Assembly (NCBI GenBank): GCA_965224085.1
Contig: CBDCYI010000004.1
Span: forward strand, 1,664,001-1,728,000
Origin: Candidatus Marinacidobacterales bacterium
Lineage (GTDB): Bacteria > Acidobacteriota > Vicinamibacteria > Marinacidobacterales > SMYC01
Length of the DNA: 64,000 bases
Direction: 5' to 3'
The position numbers were made by a program, and so were the translations under genes. Under the pieces are notes generated by a model. It searched no databases and was not told the DNA's origin. It saw nothing but the letters and a program-made list of their open reading frames with translations. Of the stretch, positions 1 through 9,913 are shown piece by piece. The stretch's first letter is position 1; each line of letters starts with the position of its first letter.

Positions 1-2
1 TC

Positions 3-1349
3 GGACCCATCACCGGTCTCGTACACGGCGCTGGTGTGCTCGCGGATCAACTCATCGAGCAGAAGACCGCGGAGCAGTTCTCCCGGGTCTTCGGGACAAA
101 GGTCGTCGGCATGACCGCCCTCCTGGACGCGGTGGAGGTCGACGCCCTCAAGTTTGTGGTTTTGTTTTCGTCGTCCACGGCTCGCTTTGGTCGCAAAGGT
201 CAAGTGGACTATGCCGTGGCCAACGAAGTGCTCAACAAGACCGCGTGGCAGCTGGCCGCGAGGATTCCTTCCGCCCGGGTGGTTTCCGTGGGTTGGGGTC
301 CTTGGGACGGTGGGATGGTCACGCCCGCCCTGTCCAAAGTGTTCCATGCCGAGGGTGTGGGACTCATCGATCTTCAAAAGGGCAGCCGCGCCCTGATCGA
401 TGAGATTCGCCATGGTAGCCGGGACGCCGTAGAGGTCGTGATGCTCGCGACTCCCTCTAACACGATGGATGAGTCGACTTGGAACGGGAACTTGAGTGTC
501 GCCTTCGAGAGGGACGTCGGTGTGAAGCAGGTGCCGATGCTGAAGGATCACGTATTGAATGGCCACGCGGTCGTTCCCATGGCTCTGATGGTGGAGTGGA
601 TGGCCCATGGCGCCTTGCACAAGAATCCGGGACTTCGCTTCCACGGATTCGATGAGCTCAGAATGCTCAAGGGGCTGATCTTGGATGCGGACGAAACCCG
701 CAGCACCCAGGTCCTCACCGGCAAAGGCGTCAAGAAAAACGGCGCGGGCGCCCTTAGCGTTCCCGTAGAGATTCGCAGCACCGGCGCCGACGGCAAGAAG
801 CACCACCATGCCCGGACCCATATTCATCTGGCGTCCCGTCTGCCCAAGCCTGCCGTCCCCCTGCTGAGCGCTAACACCCGTCCCTACCACCGGCCCAGCG
901 ACGAGATCTATCGCGACCTTCTCTTTCATGGGCCCGCTCTGCAGGGGATTAGAGAGGTGAAAGGCCTTTCCAGTGATGCCATCATCGCCCGCACCGGCCC
1001 AACGGTTGCTCCTCCCCGTTGGATAGACGAGCCCTTCCGAAGCGAATGGCTCGCCGATCCGTTGGCGCTCGACGTCGCTTTTCAACTGATGATCGTGTGG
1101 AGCCGCGAGATTCACGGAGCGGCTTCCCTACCGACTTTTGCGGGGCGCTATCGTCAGTTCAGAAACTCTTTTCCAAAGGACGGTGTCTCCGTCGTGATCA
1201 AGATCAACGAGAACGGAAACCGTTTAGCCCGGGCCGACATGGATTTCATCGATGGCGAGGGCGGTCTCGTGGCTCGTCTCGAGGACTACGAATGCGTTTT
1301 GGACAACTCCCTCAGCGAGGCGTTCACCCGCAATCGGCTTTCAGTCTAG
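3..1349 (+). CDS. pfaA: PfaA-like polyketide/PUFA synthase, C-terminal KR + DH domains (5'-partial)
   Basis: Frame is open from base 3 (GPITGLVHGAGVLAD). KR motifs FSS..GQVDYAVAN and WGPWDGGMV. PKS DH motifs DHVLNGHAVVP, LFHGPALQ, DVAFQL. Confidence 0.85.
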   Translation, partial: GPITGLVHGAGVLADQLIEQKTAEQFSRVFGTKVVGMTALLDAVEVDALKFVVLFSSSTARFGRKGQVDYAVANEVLNKTAWQLAARIPSARVVSVGWGPWDGGMVTPALSKVFHAEGVGLIDLQKGSRALIDEIRHGSRDAVEVVMLATPSNTMDESTWNGNLSVAFERDVGVKQVPMLKDHVLNGHAVVPMALMVEWMAHGALHKNPGLRFHGFDELRMLKGLILDADETRSTQVLTGKGVKKNGAGALSVPVEIRSTGADGKKHHHARTHIHLASRLPKPAVPLLSANTRPYHRPSDEIYRDLLFHGPALQGIREVKGLSSDAIIARTGPTVAPPRWIDEPFRSEWLADPLALDVAFQLMIVWSREIHGAASLPTFAGRYRQFRNSFPKDGVSVVIKINENGNRLARADMDFIDGEGGLVARLEDYECVLDNSLSEAFTRNRLSV

Positions 1350-1368
1350 GCGGTCTAATTTCCTTCCG

Positions 1369-4300
1369 ATGAAGCCCCCCATCGCCGTGGTCGGTATGGG
1401 CGGGATTTTTCCCGGAGCGCCGGACCTCGATCGCTTTTGGGCCAACATCGCCGCCGGCGTGGATGCTTCACGGGAAGTGCCTCCCGATCGCTGGGTTCTG
1501 GATTCCGCTCGGGCTCATGACCCTGAAGTCGGCGCAGCGGACAAGGTGTACTCCACTAGAGGATGCTTTGTTGAGGACTTCCATCTGGACATGCGCGATC
1601 TGGATCTGGATCCAGATGTCGTTGCCGCGCTCGATCCTCTCTTTCACTTGGCGCTCCACGCTTGTCGGCAGGCCGTTGAAGACGCTGGGCTTGGCAAGGG
1701 TAGCCGCGAGCGCGTCGGCGTCGTTATCGGGAACATTGCCCTGCCCACCGACAGCTCTTCGAACATAGCGCGGGAGATCCTCGGCCGAACTTTTGACGAG
1801 AGCACCGGCAACCGGATGGCGTCCGGAGAGCTCGGCCGCACCCATCCTCTCAATCGCTATGTCGCGGGTCTCCCTGCAGGGGTGATGGCCAAAGCCCTGG
1901 GGCTCGGTGGCGGAAGCTGCACGTTGGACGCCGCGTGTGCCTCGTCGCTCTACGCTCTGAAGCTCGCTTCGGATGATCTGATCTCCGGGCGCTCGGACGC
2001 CATGGTCGCCGGGGGGGTGTCTCGTACCAACTGTCTCTATACTCAAATGGGGTTCTCCCAGCTGCGTGCCCTTTCCCCTTCCGGTCGCTGCTCGCCGTTC
2101 GATCGCACGGCCGACGGCCTCGTCGTGGGAGAAGGCGCCGGGATGTTGGTTCTCAAACGCCTGAGCGATGCGCTCAGGGACGGAGACCACATTCACGGCG
2201 TCATCACGGGCATCGGTCTTTCCAACGACGTGGAAGGCAAGCTTCTGGCGCCGAGCACCGAGGGACAGCTCAGGGCCATGCGGCCGGCCTATGAGCAGTC
2301 GGGTTGGTCACCGCAGGATGTCGATCTCATCGAGTGCCACGCCACCGGCACACCGGTGGGCGACGCGGTTGAGCTCGAGAGCTTGAAAAAGCTCTGGGCC
2401 GGGCAGGATGGGCCGTGCGTTATCGGCGGTGTGAAGTCCAACGTGGGACATCTGCTCACTGGGGCCGGCGCCGCGGGATTCATCAAAGTTCTTTTGGCGA
2501 TGAAGGCGCGGACCCTTCCGCCCACGGCCAACTTCTCCCGAGCCGGATCGAAAATGGATCTCGAGGCGAGCCCTTTCAAAGTGCTCGCCGAGGCGCAGCC
2601 CTGGGAGACGCGGGATAGAGCGACTCCGCGCCGCGCCGCCGTAAGCGCTTTCGGCTTTGGCGGCATCAACGCCCACGTGTTGGTCGAGGAATGGACGGGA
2701 AGCATTGAGGATAGCAGCCCTGTCGAAACGCCGGTGGTGCGCGGAGACGCGCCGGTGGCGATCGTCGGCATGGACGCTCACTTCGGATCGATCGCATCCC
2801 TCACGGCCTTCGCGGAGCAGGTGCTCGGCGACGAACGTCGGGATCCGCAGAAGAACGGTTTATGGTGGGGCGTTCAGGAGTCTTCCTGGTTCAAGGACCG
2901 TGGACTCTCGGCAGCTGACTTCAAAGGCCACTTCATGGGCGAGCTCTCCCTGCCCCTCGACCGGTTTCGGATACCTCCGTTGGAGCTCGAGGACATGCTT
3001 CCCCAGCAGTCGTTGATGCTCGCCGTCGCCAAGGGCGCCATGGACGATGCGGGTCTTGGCTCCGAAGAGAAACTCTCGACCGGGGTCTTTGTCGGCATCG
3101 GGTTGGACCTCAACACGACGAACTTCAACTTCCGATGGTCGGTGCTCGCTTCGGAGAAGGCGGAGCGAAACGCTCTTGCCGACGCTGCCGGTCCACCTCT
3201 CACGGCCAACCGAACGATGGGTGCGCTGGGTGGCATCGTTGCGAGCCGCTTGGCTCGGGAGTTCCGCATCGGTGGTTCGAGCTTCACTCTGTCCAGCGAG
3301 GAGACCTCGGGCATCAAGGCGCTTCAAGCAGCGGTGCTGGCGCTCTCGACCGGAAGTGTTCATCAGGCCCTCGTGGGAGCGGTGGATCTCGCCGGTGACG
3401 TAAGGGCCGTCTTGGCGGCTCACGAGGCGCGGCCCAAGGGACAGCGTGGGACACCCCTCCTCGGTGAAGGCGCCGCAGCTTTCGTGCTCAAGCGTCTCGA
3501 GGACGCCGAGGCCGACGGTGATCGGATCTACGCAGTGATCAAAGGCTCGGGAAGCGCCACCGGTGGTGGCGTCGAGACAACCGTGCCCACCGATCGTGCC
3601 TATGAGTCGGCGCTCCGCCGAGCGTACGAAGAATCGGGCATCGTCCCCTCCTCCGTGAGCTACATCGAGACCCATGGCAGCGGCATTCCTTGTGAGGATA
3701 GGGCCGAAAAATCCGCCTTAGCTACACATTTTGCTAGACATTTTCAGTCTCTGGTGGAGCGGCCCGCCACGGGTAGCGTCAAGAAAGATATAGGTCACGC
3801 TGGCGCTGCGTCTGGGATGGCATCCCTTACGAAAACCGCGCTCGCGCTCTACAACCGCGTGCTCCCCGGTCCCGCTCGTCCCTGGTTGAGAAACAGGGCC
3901 GAAGGGCCCCGCCGAGCTGGGGTCAGCGGCATGAGTGTCGACGGAAACTGCTGTCATGTCGTGCTGGAAGAGTACGCGCCGGAAAAGTATCACGAGCCTC
4001 TAGGCAGCGCACGAGCTATCGCGCCGACGACCGACGCCCTCTTCGCTATCGAGGCGGATGATGATGCAGGGCTCGCTGCAGAGAGCCGCCGACTCACGGA
4101 CTGGTTGGACTCACAGTCTGCCAACCATGCCGACGACGACGATGCCCGAATACTGGCGGCTCGCTGGCATCACGACAACCCGCTGCAGCCCGCCCGCAAG
4201 CTCGGCCTTGCCGTGGTCGCCGAACGAAGCTCCGACGTCGGCGACCTGCTTCGGGGTGCCGACGAGACACGGATCTTCGAGAGCAAGAAACCCTTAGCGA

Positions 4301-7300
4301 ATGAAGGTAGCCTTGCTTTTGTCTACCCGGGTTCGGGAAATCACTACCACGGCATGGGGCGTGAGCTCGCCTTGCGTTTTCCCGAGATCCTTCATCGTCA
4401 CGACCGCGAAAACCGCTTCTTGAAGCGGCAGATGGTGCCCGAATGGTTTTGGGGCGCTCGGCCTCCTGAAGATTTTGACGAAAGCCACCACGCTCTTATC
4501 TTCGGCCAAGTTACCCTCGGAACATTGGCCACCGATGTCATGGAGTCCTTCGGGGTTCGCCCCGATGCCGTCATTGGATACAGCCTTGGCGAGTCGGCGG
4601 CCCTGTTCGCCACTCGAACTTGGAAACAGCGAGACGAAATGCTCGCGCGCATGGAAACGTCGTCACTTTTTGTGAGCGACTTGGCCGGTCCTTGCGAGGC
4701 CGTCAAGCGCTCTTGGGGGCTTCCGAACGGTTCTCCCGTGGACTGGTTCGTCGGCGTAGTGGACCGCCCGGCCCGAACCGTGAAGGCCACCTTGCGAGAA
4801 CACGAGCACGTTTACCTGTTAATCATCAACACCCAGGATGAATGTGTCATCGGGGGTGACCGTTCCGCGGTGACGAGATTTGCCTCGTCCCTGGGAGCAA
4901 GTCTCGTTCCCATCAACGGCGTCACCACCGTTCACTGCGAGGTGGCCGGCGAAGTCGAGAAGGCGTATCACGACCTCCATCTCTTCGAAACAACGCCACG
5001 TGATAGCATGCGCTTCTACTCGGTGGCCGGGGGCGGGACTCATGAGGTCACCCGGGAGACGGCGGCGACGTCCATCACCCGCCAGGCCCTTGACGGATTC
5101 GATTTTCCCGCCGTGGTTCACAAAGCCTACGCCGACGGCGTGAGGATATTCGTCGAGATGGGACCTGGTGCTTCCACCAGTCGGATGATCGATAGCATTC
5201 TTCAGGACGAGCCGCACCGCGCCGTCTCGGTGAACGTCCAGGGCCAAGGCGAAGTCAATGCGCTGCTCCGAGGCTTGGCCACGCTCATCGCTGAAAGGGT
5301 CCCCATCGACTTGGGGCCCCTATACAAAGGGCTCGTCGCGTCAGACGAGACGAGGAGCCGCAGTCGATCCCTGAAAGTCACGGTAGGAGGCCGGCCTTTC
5401 ACGGCGCCTGCCCTCATGAGTAAGCGCGTAGTCTCAGGGCGGGCGACGCCGGCCACGCCGCTGTCCGGTGTGGGCGTCGACGTCATTCGGGGGCTCCACC
5501 AAGCGGTGGTTCGTACCGGGGAGGCCCATGGCACCTACTTGCGCGTGAGCAAAGGCCTTCAGGACGCGGTGGCCAAGAACCTTCTCTTTCAAAACCGATT
5601 GCTCCAAAGGATGGGCGATGGCCCGTTGACGATCGCGCCGGCGCCGGCGTCGACCTTGGATCGAGACGCCTGTTTGGAGTTCGCCATCGGCTCCATCGCC
5701 AAAGTCCTCGGTCCCGATTTCGCGCCGGTGGATAGCCACCCCACCCGAGTGCGCCTTCCCGCCGAGCCCCTGATGCTCGTCGATCGCATCATGGAAATCC
5801 ACGGTGAGCCGAGATCCATGAGTCACGGCCGGGTGGTGACCGAGCATGACATTTGTCCTGGAGCCTGGTACCTCGATGGCGGCCGTATCCCCACATGCAT
5901 CGCTGTTGAAGCCGGCCAAGCAGATCTGTTTCTGTCAGCCTACTTGGGCATCGACTTCGTTACCAAAGGTGCCGCCGTCTACCGTCTCCTGGACGCCGAG
6001 GTTACTTTCCATCGAAGTCTTCCCGGGGCCGGCGAGACCATTCGCTACGACATCGCCATCGACCAGTTCTTCAGACAAGGCGACACCCACTTGTTTCGCT
6101 TCAACTTCGAGGCCACGGTGGATGGGGAGCTCTTGCTGAGCATGAAGAAAGGATGCGCGGGGTTCTTCAACGCGGAAGAGCTCGCCGCCGGCAAAGGCAT
6201 CGTTCATTCGCAAATGGACCTCAGACCCCAGCCCGGTGTGCGGTCCGACGACTGGCGTCCGCCTTCTGGATTGGCGGGGATGGGGTTGGTGGAGTCCTAC
6301 GACGACGACGCGATCCAGGCCCTCTGCGACGGCCATCTCGCGGCGTGCTTCGGTGACGCTTTCGCGAACTTGCCCGTGGAAAATCCAGCTACCATTCCCG
6401 GCGGCACCATGAAGCTCTTGGATCGGGTGCTTCATCTCGATCCTCAGGGCGGAAGGTTCGGGCTGGGAATCATCAGGGCCGAGGCGGACATCCACCCCGA
6501 CGCGTGGTTCTTGACTTGCCATTTCAGCGATGACAGGGTCATGCCCGGCACGCTCATGTACGAGTGTTGTCTCCATACATTGCGTGTCTTCCTTCTGCGC
6601 ATGGGGTGGGTGGCTGCCGGGGATCGCGTGGCCTACCAGCCCGTGCCCGGCATCGCCAGCGGGCTGAAGTGCCGCGGCCAAGTGATTCGGTCCACAGACA
6701 AGGTCCAGTACGAAGTCTCTTTGAAGGAGATCGGATACTCGCCGAAGCCCTACGTCATCGTGGACGCCCTCATGTACGCCGACGGAAAGGCCATCGTAGA
6801 GATCACGAACATGTCTCTCCAGCTCGACGGTGTGGATCAAGAGTCGCTCGAGAGAACATGGGTCCTCGGTTCAGGCGGTACGGGCGTCCGTGGCGGGAAA
6901 CCGGCGATCTTCGATACGGATCGCATCACCGCCTTCGCCATCGGCAAGCCTTCAGAAGCTTTCGGTGAGCCCTACAAGGTGTTTGACGGGGAACGGGTCA
7001 TCGCGCGTTTGCCTGGCCCTCCTTACCAGTTCCTCGACCGCATCACCGAGATCGAAGCCGAGCCCTGGAAGCTCGAAGCCCGCGGTGTCATCGAGGCGCA
7101 GTACGAGGTTCCCCGGGACGCTTGGTACTTCGACGCCAACAACCAGGACACCATGCCGTTCGCGGTGCTGCTGGAAGTGGGCCTTCAGCCCTGCGGTTGG
7201 CTGGCGGCTTATCTGGGCTCCGCGTTGACGAGCGAGATCGATCTCTCGTTTCGTAACCTTGGAGGCCAAGGTGTGCAGCATGTTCCGGTCACGCGCGACA

Positions 7301-7983
7301 CGAGTGTCCTGAGCACCACGGTGAAGATCACGCGCGTCTCCCAGTCGGCGGGCATGATCGTGCAGAACTACGACTTCGAGATCCGCTCGGCGCGGGGGCC
7401 GGTCTACACCGGCGACACCTATTTCGGCTTCTTTTCCAAAGAGGCCTTGGTCAACCAGGTCGGCATCCGCGACGGCAATCCCTACGCTCCCACCGACGAC
7501 GAGCGGCGCCGTGCACGGGCCTTTTCGGTACCCCGAAAAGCGCCTTTTCCCGATGAACCGTTTCGGATGGTAACGGAGGTGGAGCTCTTCGTCCCCGATG
7601 GGGGCCCGAGAGGCCTCGGTTTCGTGCGCGGTACGACGACGGTGAACCCGGAGGCCTGGTTTTTCAAGGCCCACTTCTATCAAGACCCCGTGTGGCCAGG
7701 GTCCCTGGGATTGGAATCCATCATCCAGCTCATGAAAGTCTTTGCAGTAGAACGATGGGGAGAACCAGCCGACGGCCGTCTCGAAGCCATGATCCCCGGG
7801 TGCGAGCATAGCTGGCTGTACCGCGGTCAGGTCATTCCCACCGACGAACGCGTTGTCATCGATGTCGGGGTCACCGCTATCGATGATCCGAAACACATCG
7901 TCGAGGCCTCCGGCGCGCTTTCGGTGGACGGCCGTCTCATCTACGAAGTGACCGGTTTCAAGCTAGCCTGGGGCGGCGAGTAA
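1369..7983 (+). CDS. PfaBC-like PUFA synthase subunit (KS-CLF-AT-FabA-like DH/pseudo-DH x4)
   Basis: KS motifs DAACASS, ECHATGT, KSNVGH. Second KS lacks the Cys (SSEETS), so it is a CLF. AT motif GYSLGE. DH motifs HFSDDRVMPG and HFYQDPVWPG. ATG 1369 chosen as start. Confidence 0.88.
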   Translation: MKPPIAVVGMGGIFPGAPDLDRFWANIAAGVDASREVPPDRWVLDSARAHDPEVGAADKVYSTRGCFVEDFHLDMRDLDLDPDVVAALDPLFHLALHACRQAVEDAGLGKGSRERVGVVIGNIALPTDSSSNIAREILGRTFDESTGNRMASGELGRTHPLNRYVAGLPAGVMAKALGLGGGSCTLDAACASSLYALKLASDDLISGRSDAMVAGGVSRTNCLYTQMGFSQLRALSPSGRCSPFDRTADGLVVGEGAGMLVLKRLSDALRDGDHIHGVITGIGLSNDVEGKLLAPSTEGQLRAMRPAYEQSGWSPQDVDLIECHATGTPVGDAVELESLKKLWAGQDGPCVIGGVKSNVGHLLTGAGAAGFIKVLLAMKARTLPPTANFSRAGSKMDLEASPFKVLAEAQPWETRDRATPRRAAVSAFGFGGINAHVLVEEWTGSIEDSSPVETPVVRGDAPVAIVGMDAHFGSIASLTAFAEQVLGDERRDPQKNGLWWGVQESSWFKDRGLSAADFKGHFMGELSLPLDRFRIPPLELEDMLPQQSLMLAVAKGAMDDAGLGSEEKLSTGVFVGIGLDLNTTNFNFRWSVLASEKAERNALADAAGPPLTANRTMGALGGIVASRLAREFRIGGSSFTLSSEETSGIKALQAAVLALSTGSVHQALVGAVDLAGDVRAVLAAHEARPKGQRGTPLLGEGAAAFVLKRLEDAEADGDRIYAVIKGSGSATGGGVETTVPTDRAYESALRRAYEESGIVPSSVSYIETHGSGIPCEDRAEKSALATHFARHFQSLVERPATGSVKKDIGHAGAASGMASLTKTALALYNRVLPGPARPWLRNRAEGPRRAGVSGMSVDGNCCHVVLEEYAPEKYHEPLGSARAIAPTTDALFAIEADDDAGLAAESRRLTDWLDSQSANHADDDDARILAARWHHDNPLQPARKLGLAVVAERSSDVGDLLRGADETRIFESKKPLANEGSLAFVYPGSGNHYHGMGRELALRFPEILHRHDRENRFLKRQMVPEWFWGARPPEDFDESHHALIFGQVTLGTLATDVMESFGVRPDAVIGYSLGESAALFATRTWKQRDEMLARMETSSLFVSDLAGPCEAVKRSWGLPNGSPVDWFVGVVDRPARTVKATLREHEHVYLLIINTQDECVIGGDRSAVTRFASSLGASLVPINGVTTVHCEVAGEVEKAYHDLHLFETTPRDSMRFYSVAGGGTHEVTRETAATSITRQALDGFDFPAVVHKAYADGVRIFVEMGPGASTSRMIDSILQDEPHRAVSVNVQGQGEVNALLRGLATLIAERVPIDLGPLYKGLVASDETRSRSRSLKVTVGGRPFTAPALMSKRVVSGRATPATPLSGVGVDVIRGLHQAVVRTGEAHGTYLRVSKGLQDAVAKNLLFQNRLLQRMGDGPLTIAPAPASTLDRDACLEFAIGSIAKVLGPDFAPVDSHPTRVRLPAEPLMLVDRIMEIHGEPRSMSHGRVVTEHDICPGAWYLDGGRIPTCIAVEAGQADLFLSAYLGIDFVTKGAAVYRLLDAEVTFHRSLPGAGETIRYDIAIDQFFRQGDTHLFRFNFEATVDGELLLSMKKGCAGFFNAEELAAGKGIVHSQMDLRPQPGVRSDDWRPPSGLAGMGLVESYDDDAIQALCDGHLAACFGDAFANLPVENPATIPGGTMKLLDRVLHLDPQGGRFGLGIIRAEADIHPDAWFLTCHFSDDRVMPGTLMYECCLHTLRVFLLRMGWVAAGDRVAYQPVPGIASGLKCRGQVIRSTDKVQYEVSLKEIGYSPKPYVIVDALMYADGKAIVEITNMSLQLDGVDQESLERTWVLGSGGTGVRGGKPAIFDTDRITAFAIGKPSEAFGEPYKVFDGERVIARLPGPPYQFLDRITEIEAEPWKLEARGVIEAQYEVPRDAWYFDANNQDTMPFAVLLEVGLQPCGWLAAYLGSALTSEIDLSFRNLGGQGVQHVPVTRDTSVLSTTVKITRVSQSAGMIVQNYDFEIRSARGPVYTGDTYFGFFSKEALVNQVGIRDGNPYAPTDDERRRARAFSVPRKAPFPDEPFRMVTEVELFVPDGGPRGLGFVRGTTTVNPEAWFFKAHFYQDPVWPGSLGLESIIQLMKVFAVERWGEPADGRLEAMIPGCEHSWLYRGQVIPTDERVVIDVGVTAIDDPKHIVEASGALSVDGRLIYEVTGFKLAWGGE

Positions 7984-7985
7984 CG

Positions 7986-9038
7986 ATGAAGTACACAAAG
8001 GTATTTGTGGAGACCATCGGATACGAGCTACCGCCCGTCGTGGTCACCTCCGCCGAGCTCGAGGCCCGTCTAGCGCCGGTCTACGAGGCTCTCCATTTCC
8101 AGCCCGGGCAATTGAAAGCCTTCACCGGGATCTCCGAGCGCCGCTGGTGGAACCCGGATACACCGGTATCTCAGTCTGCCATTACGGCTGGCCATGCTGC
8201 CCTGAACGGGTCGACGGTCATGCCGGGAGACGTCGACGTCCTTATTTATGCGGGCGTGTGCCGGGAAAGCTTCGAGCCGGCCACCGCTTGCCGCGTGGCC
8301 CACGGTATCGGCGTCAGCCCCGGCGCCGCGGTCTACGACATCTCCAATGCTTGCCTTGGCGTCATGAACGGCATGCTCGACATCGCCAACCGCATCGAGT
8401 TGGGTCAGATCCGTGCCGGCCTCGTGGTCTCCTGCGAGAGCGCCCGCGAGATCGTGGACACCATGATCGACCGATTGATCGCTCAGCCGGAAATGGAGCT
8501 CTTCAAGATGTCCCTGGCCACCCTCACCGGCGGCTCCGGGGCGGCGGCGGTGCTCTTGACCGATGGCTCCTTCGGCTCCGCGTCGAAGCATCGGCTCCTG
8601 GGCGGGGTGACCCGCAGCGCGCCCGAGCACTACGGGCTTTGCCGGTGGGGGATGGAGGAGACGGGCCAAGAGGGAATGCCCACCTATGGGCAGCTCATGT
8701 CCACGGACGCGGTGGCGGTTCTGGAACACGGCGTGGCACTGGGCCTCGAAACATGGAAGGTGTTCATGGGAGAGATGGGTTGGAGCGAAGCAGATGTCAA
8801 AAAGACCATCTGCCACCAGGTGGGATCCTCTCACCAGGAGTTCATCCTGCGCACGCTTCAAATACCGGAGGACAAAGACTTCACGACCTTTGCCTACCTG
8901 GGAAATATGGGAACGGTGTCGCTGCCCATCACCGCGGCACTGGCCGCTGAGCGCGACGTCCTTCAGTCCGGCAACGCGGTTGCCTTTTTGGGAATAGGTA
9001 GTGGTCTGAATTGCCTGATGCTCGGGCTCGAGTGGTAG
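7986..9038 (+). CDS. oleA: OleA thiolase-fold acyl-CoA condensing enzyme
   Basis: EPATA, SNACLG, CHQVG, GNMG and GIGSGLN motifs; first gene of the oleABCD order. Confidence 0.9.
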   Translation: MKYTKVFVETIGYELPPVVVTSAELEARLAPVYEALHFQPGQLKAFTGISERRWWNPDTPVSQSAITAGHAALNGSTVMPGDVDVLIYAGVCRESFEPATACRVAHGIGVSPGAAVYDISNACLGVMNGMLDIANRIELGQIRAGLVVSCESAREIVDTMIDRLIAQPEMELFKMSLATLTGGSGAAAVLLTDGSFGSASKHRLLGGVTRSAPEHYGLCRWGMEETGQEGMPTYGQLMSTDAVAVLEHGVALGLETWKVFMGEMGWSEADVKKTICHQVGSSHQEFILRTLQIPEDKDFTTFAYLGNMGTVSLPITAALAAERDVLQSGNAVAFLGIGSGLNCLMLGLEW

Positions 9039-9913
9039 AAAGCCTCTATCCCTTCAAGAGCCGATATTACGATCTCGGCGGCCTAAAGCTTCACTACGTG
9101 GACGAGGGCGCCGGAGAACCCGTGGTTTGTCTTCACGGCAATCCGAGCTGGTCCTTCTACTACCGTAAGCTGATTCAGGAGCTCTGCGGGACCCACCAGG
9201 TCCTGGCACCGGATCACATCGGCTGCGGCCTCTCCGACAAGCCCGATGACTCACGCTACGAATACCGACTCGAGCGCCGCATCGACGATTTGGAAGCCTG
9301 GCTCGACGCCCTCAACATCAAGCAGAACATCACACTCGTGATGCATGATTGGGGTGGCGCCATCGGGATGGGCTATGCCACGCGTCATCCGCAGCGCGTC
9401 TCACGTTTGGTGGTCATGAACACCGCGGCCTTTCCCATACCCGGGACAAAAGAGTTGCCCTGGTCCCTTTGGTTTTGCCGAAGCACCAAACTTGGCGCCT
9501 TGTTCGTTCGAGGACTCAACGGCTTTGTCCGGGGCTGGCTTTTTGCCGGTTGCAAGAAGCGCCGTCTCAACGCCTCGGAGAGAGCCGGGTATCTCGCCCC
9601 CTACGATTCTTACAAAAACAGAATTGCCGTTCTGCGATTCGTTCAGGACATTCCCCTCCATCAGGAGGATCCCAGCTTCGGCTGTCTAGCCGGAATCTCC
9701 GATGCGCTCCACTCCGTTCGGGACAAACCCATGCTCATCCTGTGGGGAGAGAAGGACTTTGTCTTCGACGATCCTGTGCTGTCGGAGTGGAACCACCGGT
9801 TCACCGCCGCCCAAGTTGAAGTCTTCCCCGAGGCCGGACACTTGATTCTGGAGGACGCGCGGGACGAATCCCTTTCCCTCATCCGAGATTTTCTGAAGGC
9901 GGAACGAGCGTGA
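9032..9913 (+). CDS. oleB: OleB beta-lactone decarboxylase (haloalkane-dehalogenase-like alpha/beta hydrolase)
   Basis: HGNPSW, HDWGGAIG, GHLILED; overlaps oleA and oleC. Start approximate. Confidence 0.87.
   Translation: MVESLYPFKSRYYDLGGLKLHYVDEGAGEPVVCLHGNPSWSFYYRKLIQELCGTHQVLAPDHIGCGLSDKPDDSRYEYRLERRIDDLEAWLDALNIKQNITLVMHDWGGAIGMGYATRHPQRVSRLVVMNTAAFPIPGTKELPWSLWFCRSTKLGALFVRGLNGFVRGWLFAGCKKRRLNASERAGYLAPYDSYKNRIAVLRFVQDIPLHQEDPSFGCLAGISDALHSVRDKPMLILWGEKDFVFDDPVLSEWNHRFTAAQVEVFPEAGHLILEDARDESLSLIRDFLKAERA

Noticed and set aside
1252-1368. N-terminal extension of the 2243-aa ORF
   Set aside because: Overlaps the pfaA end; the KS domain begins at ATG 1369.
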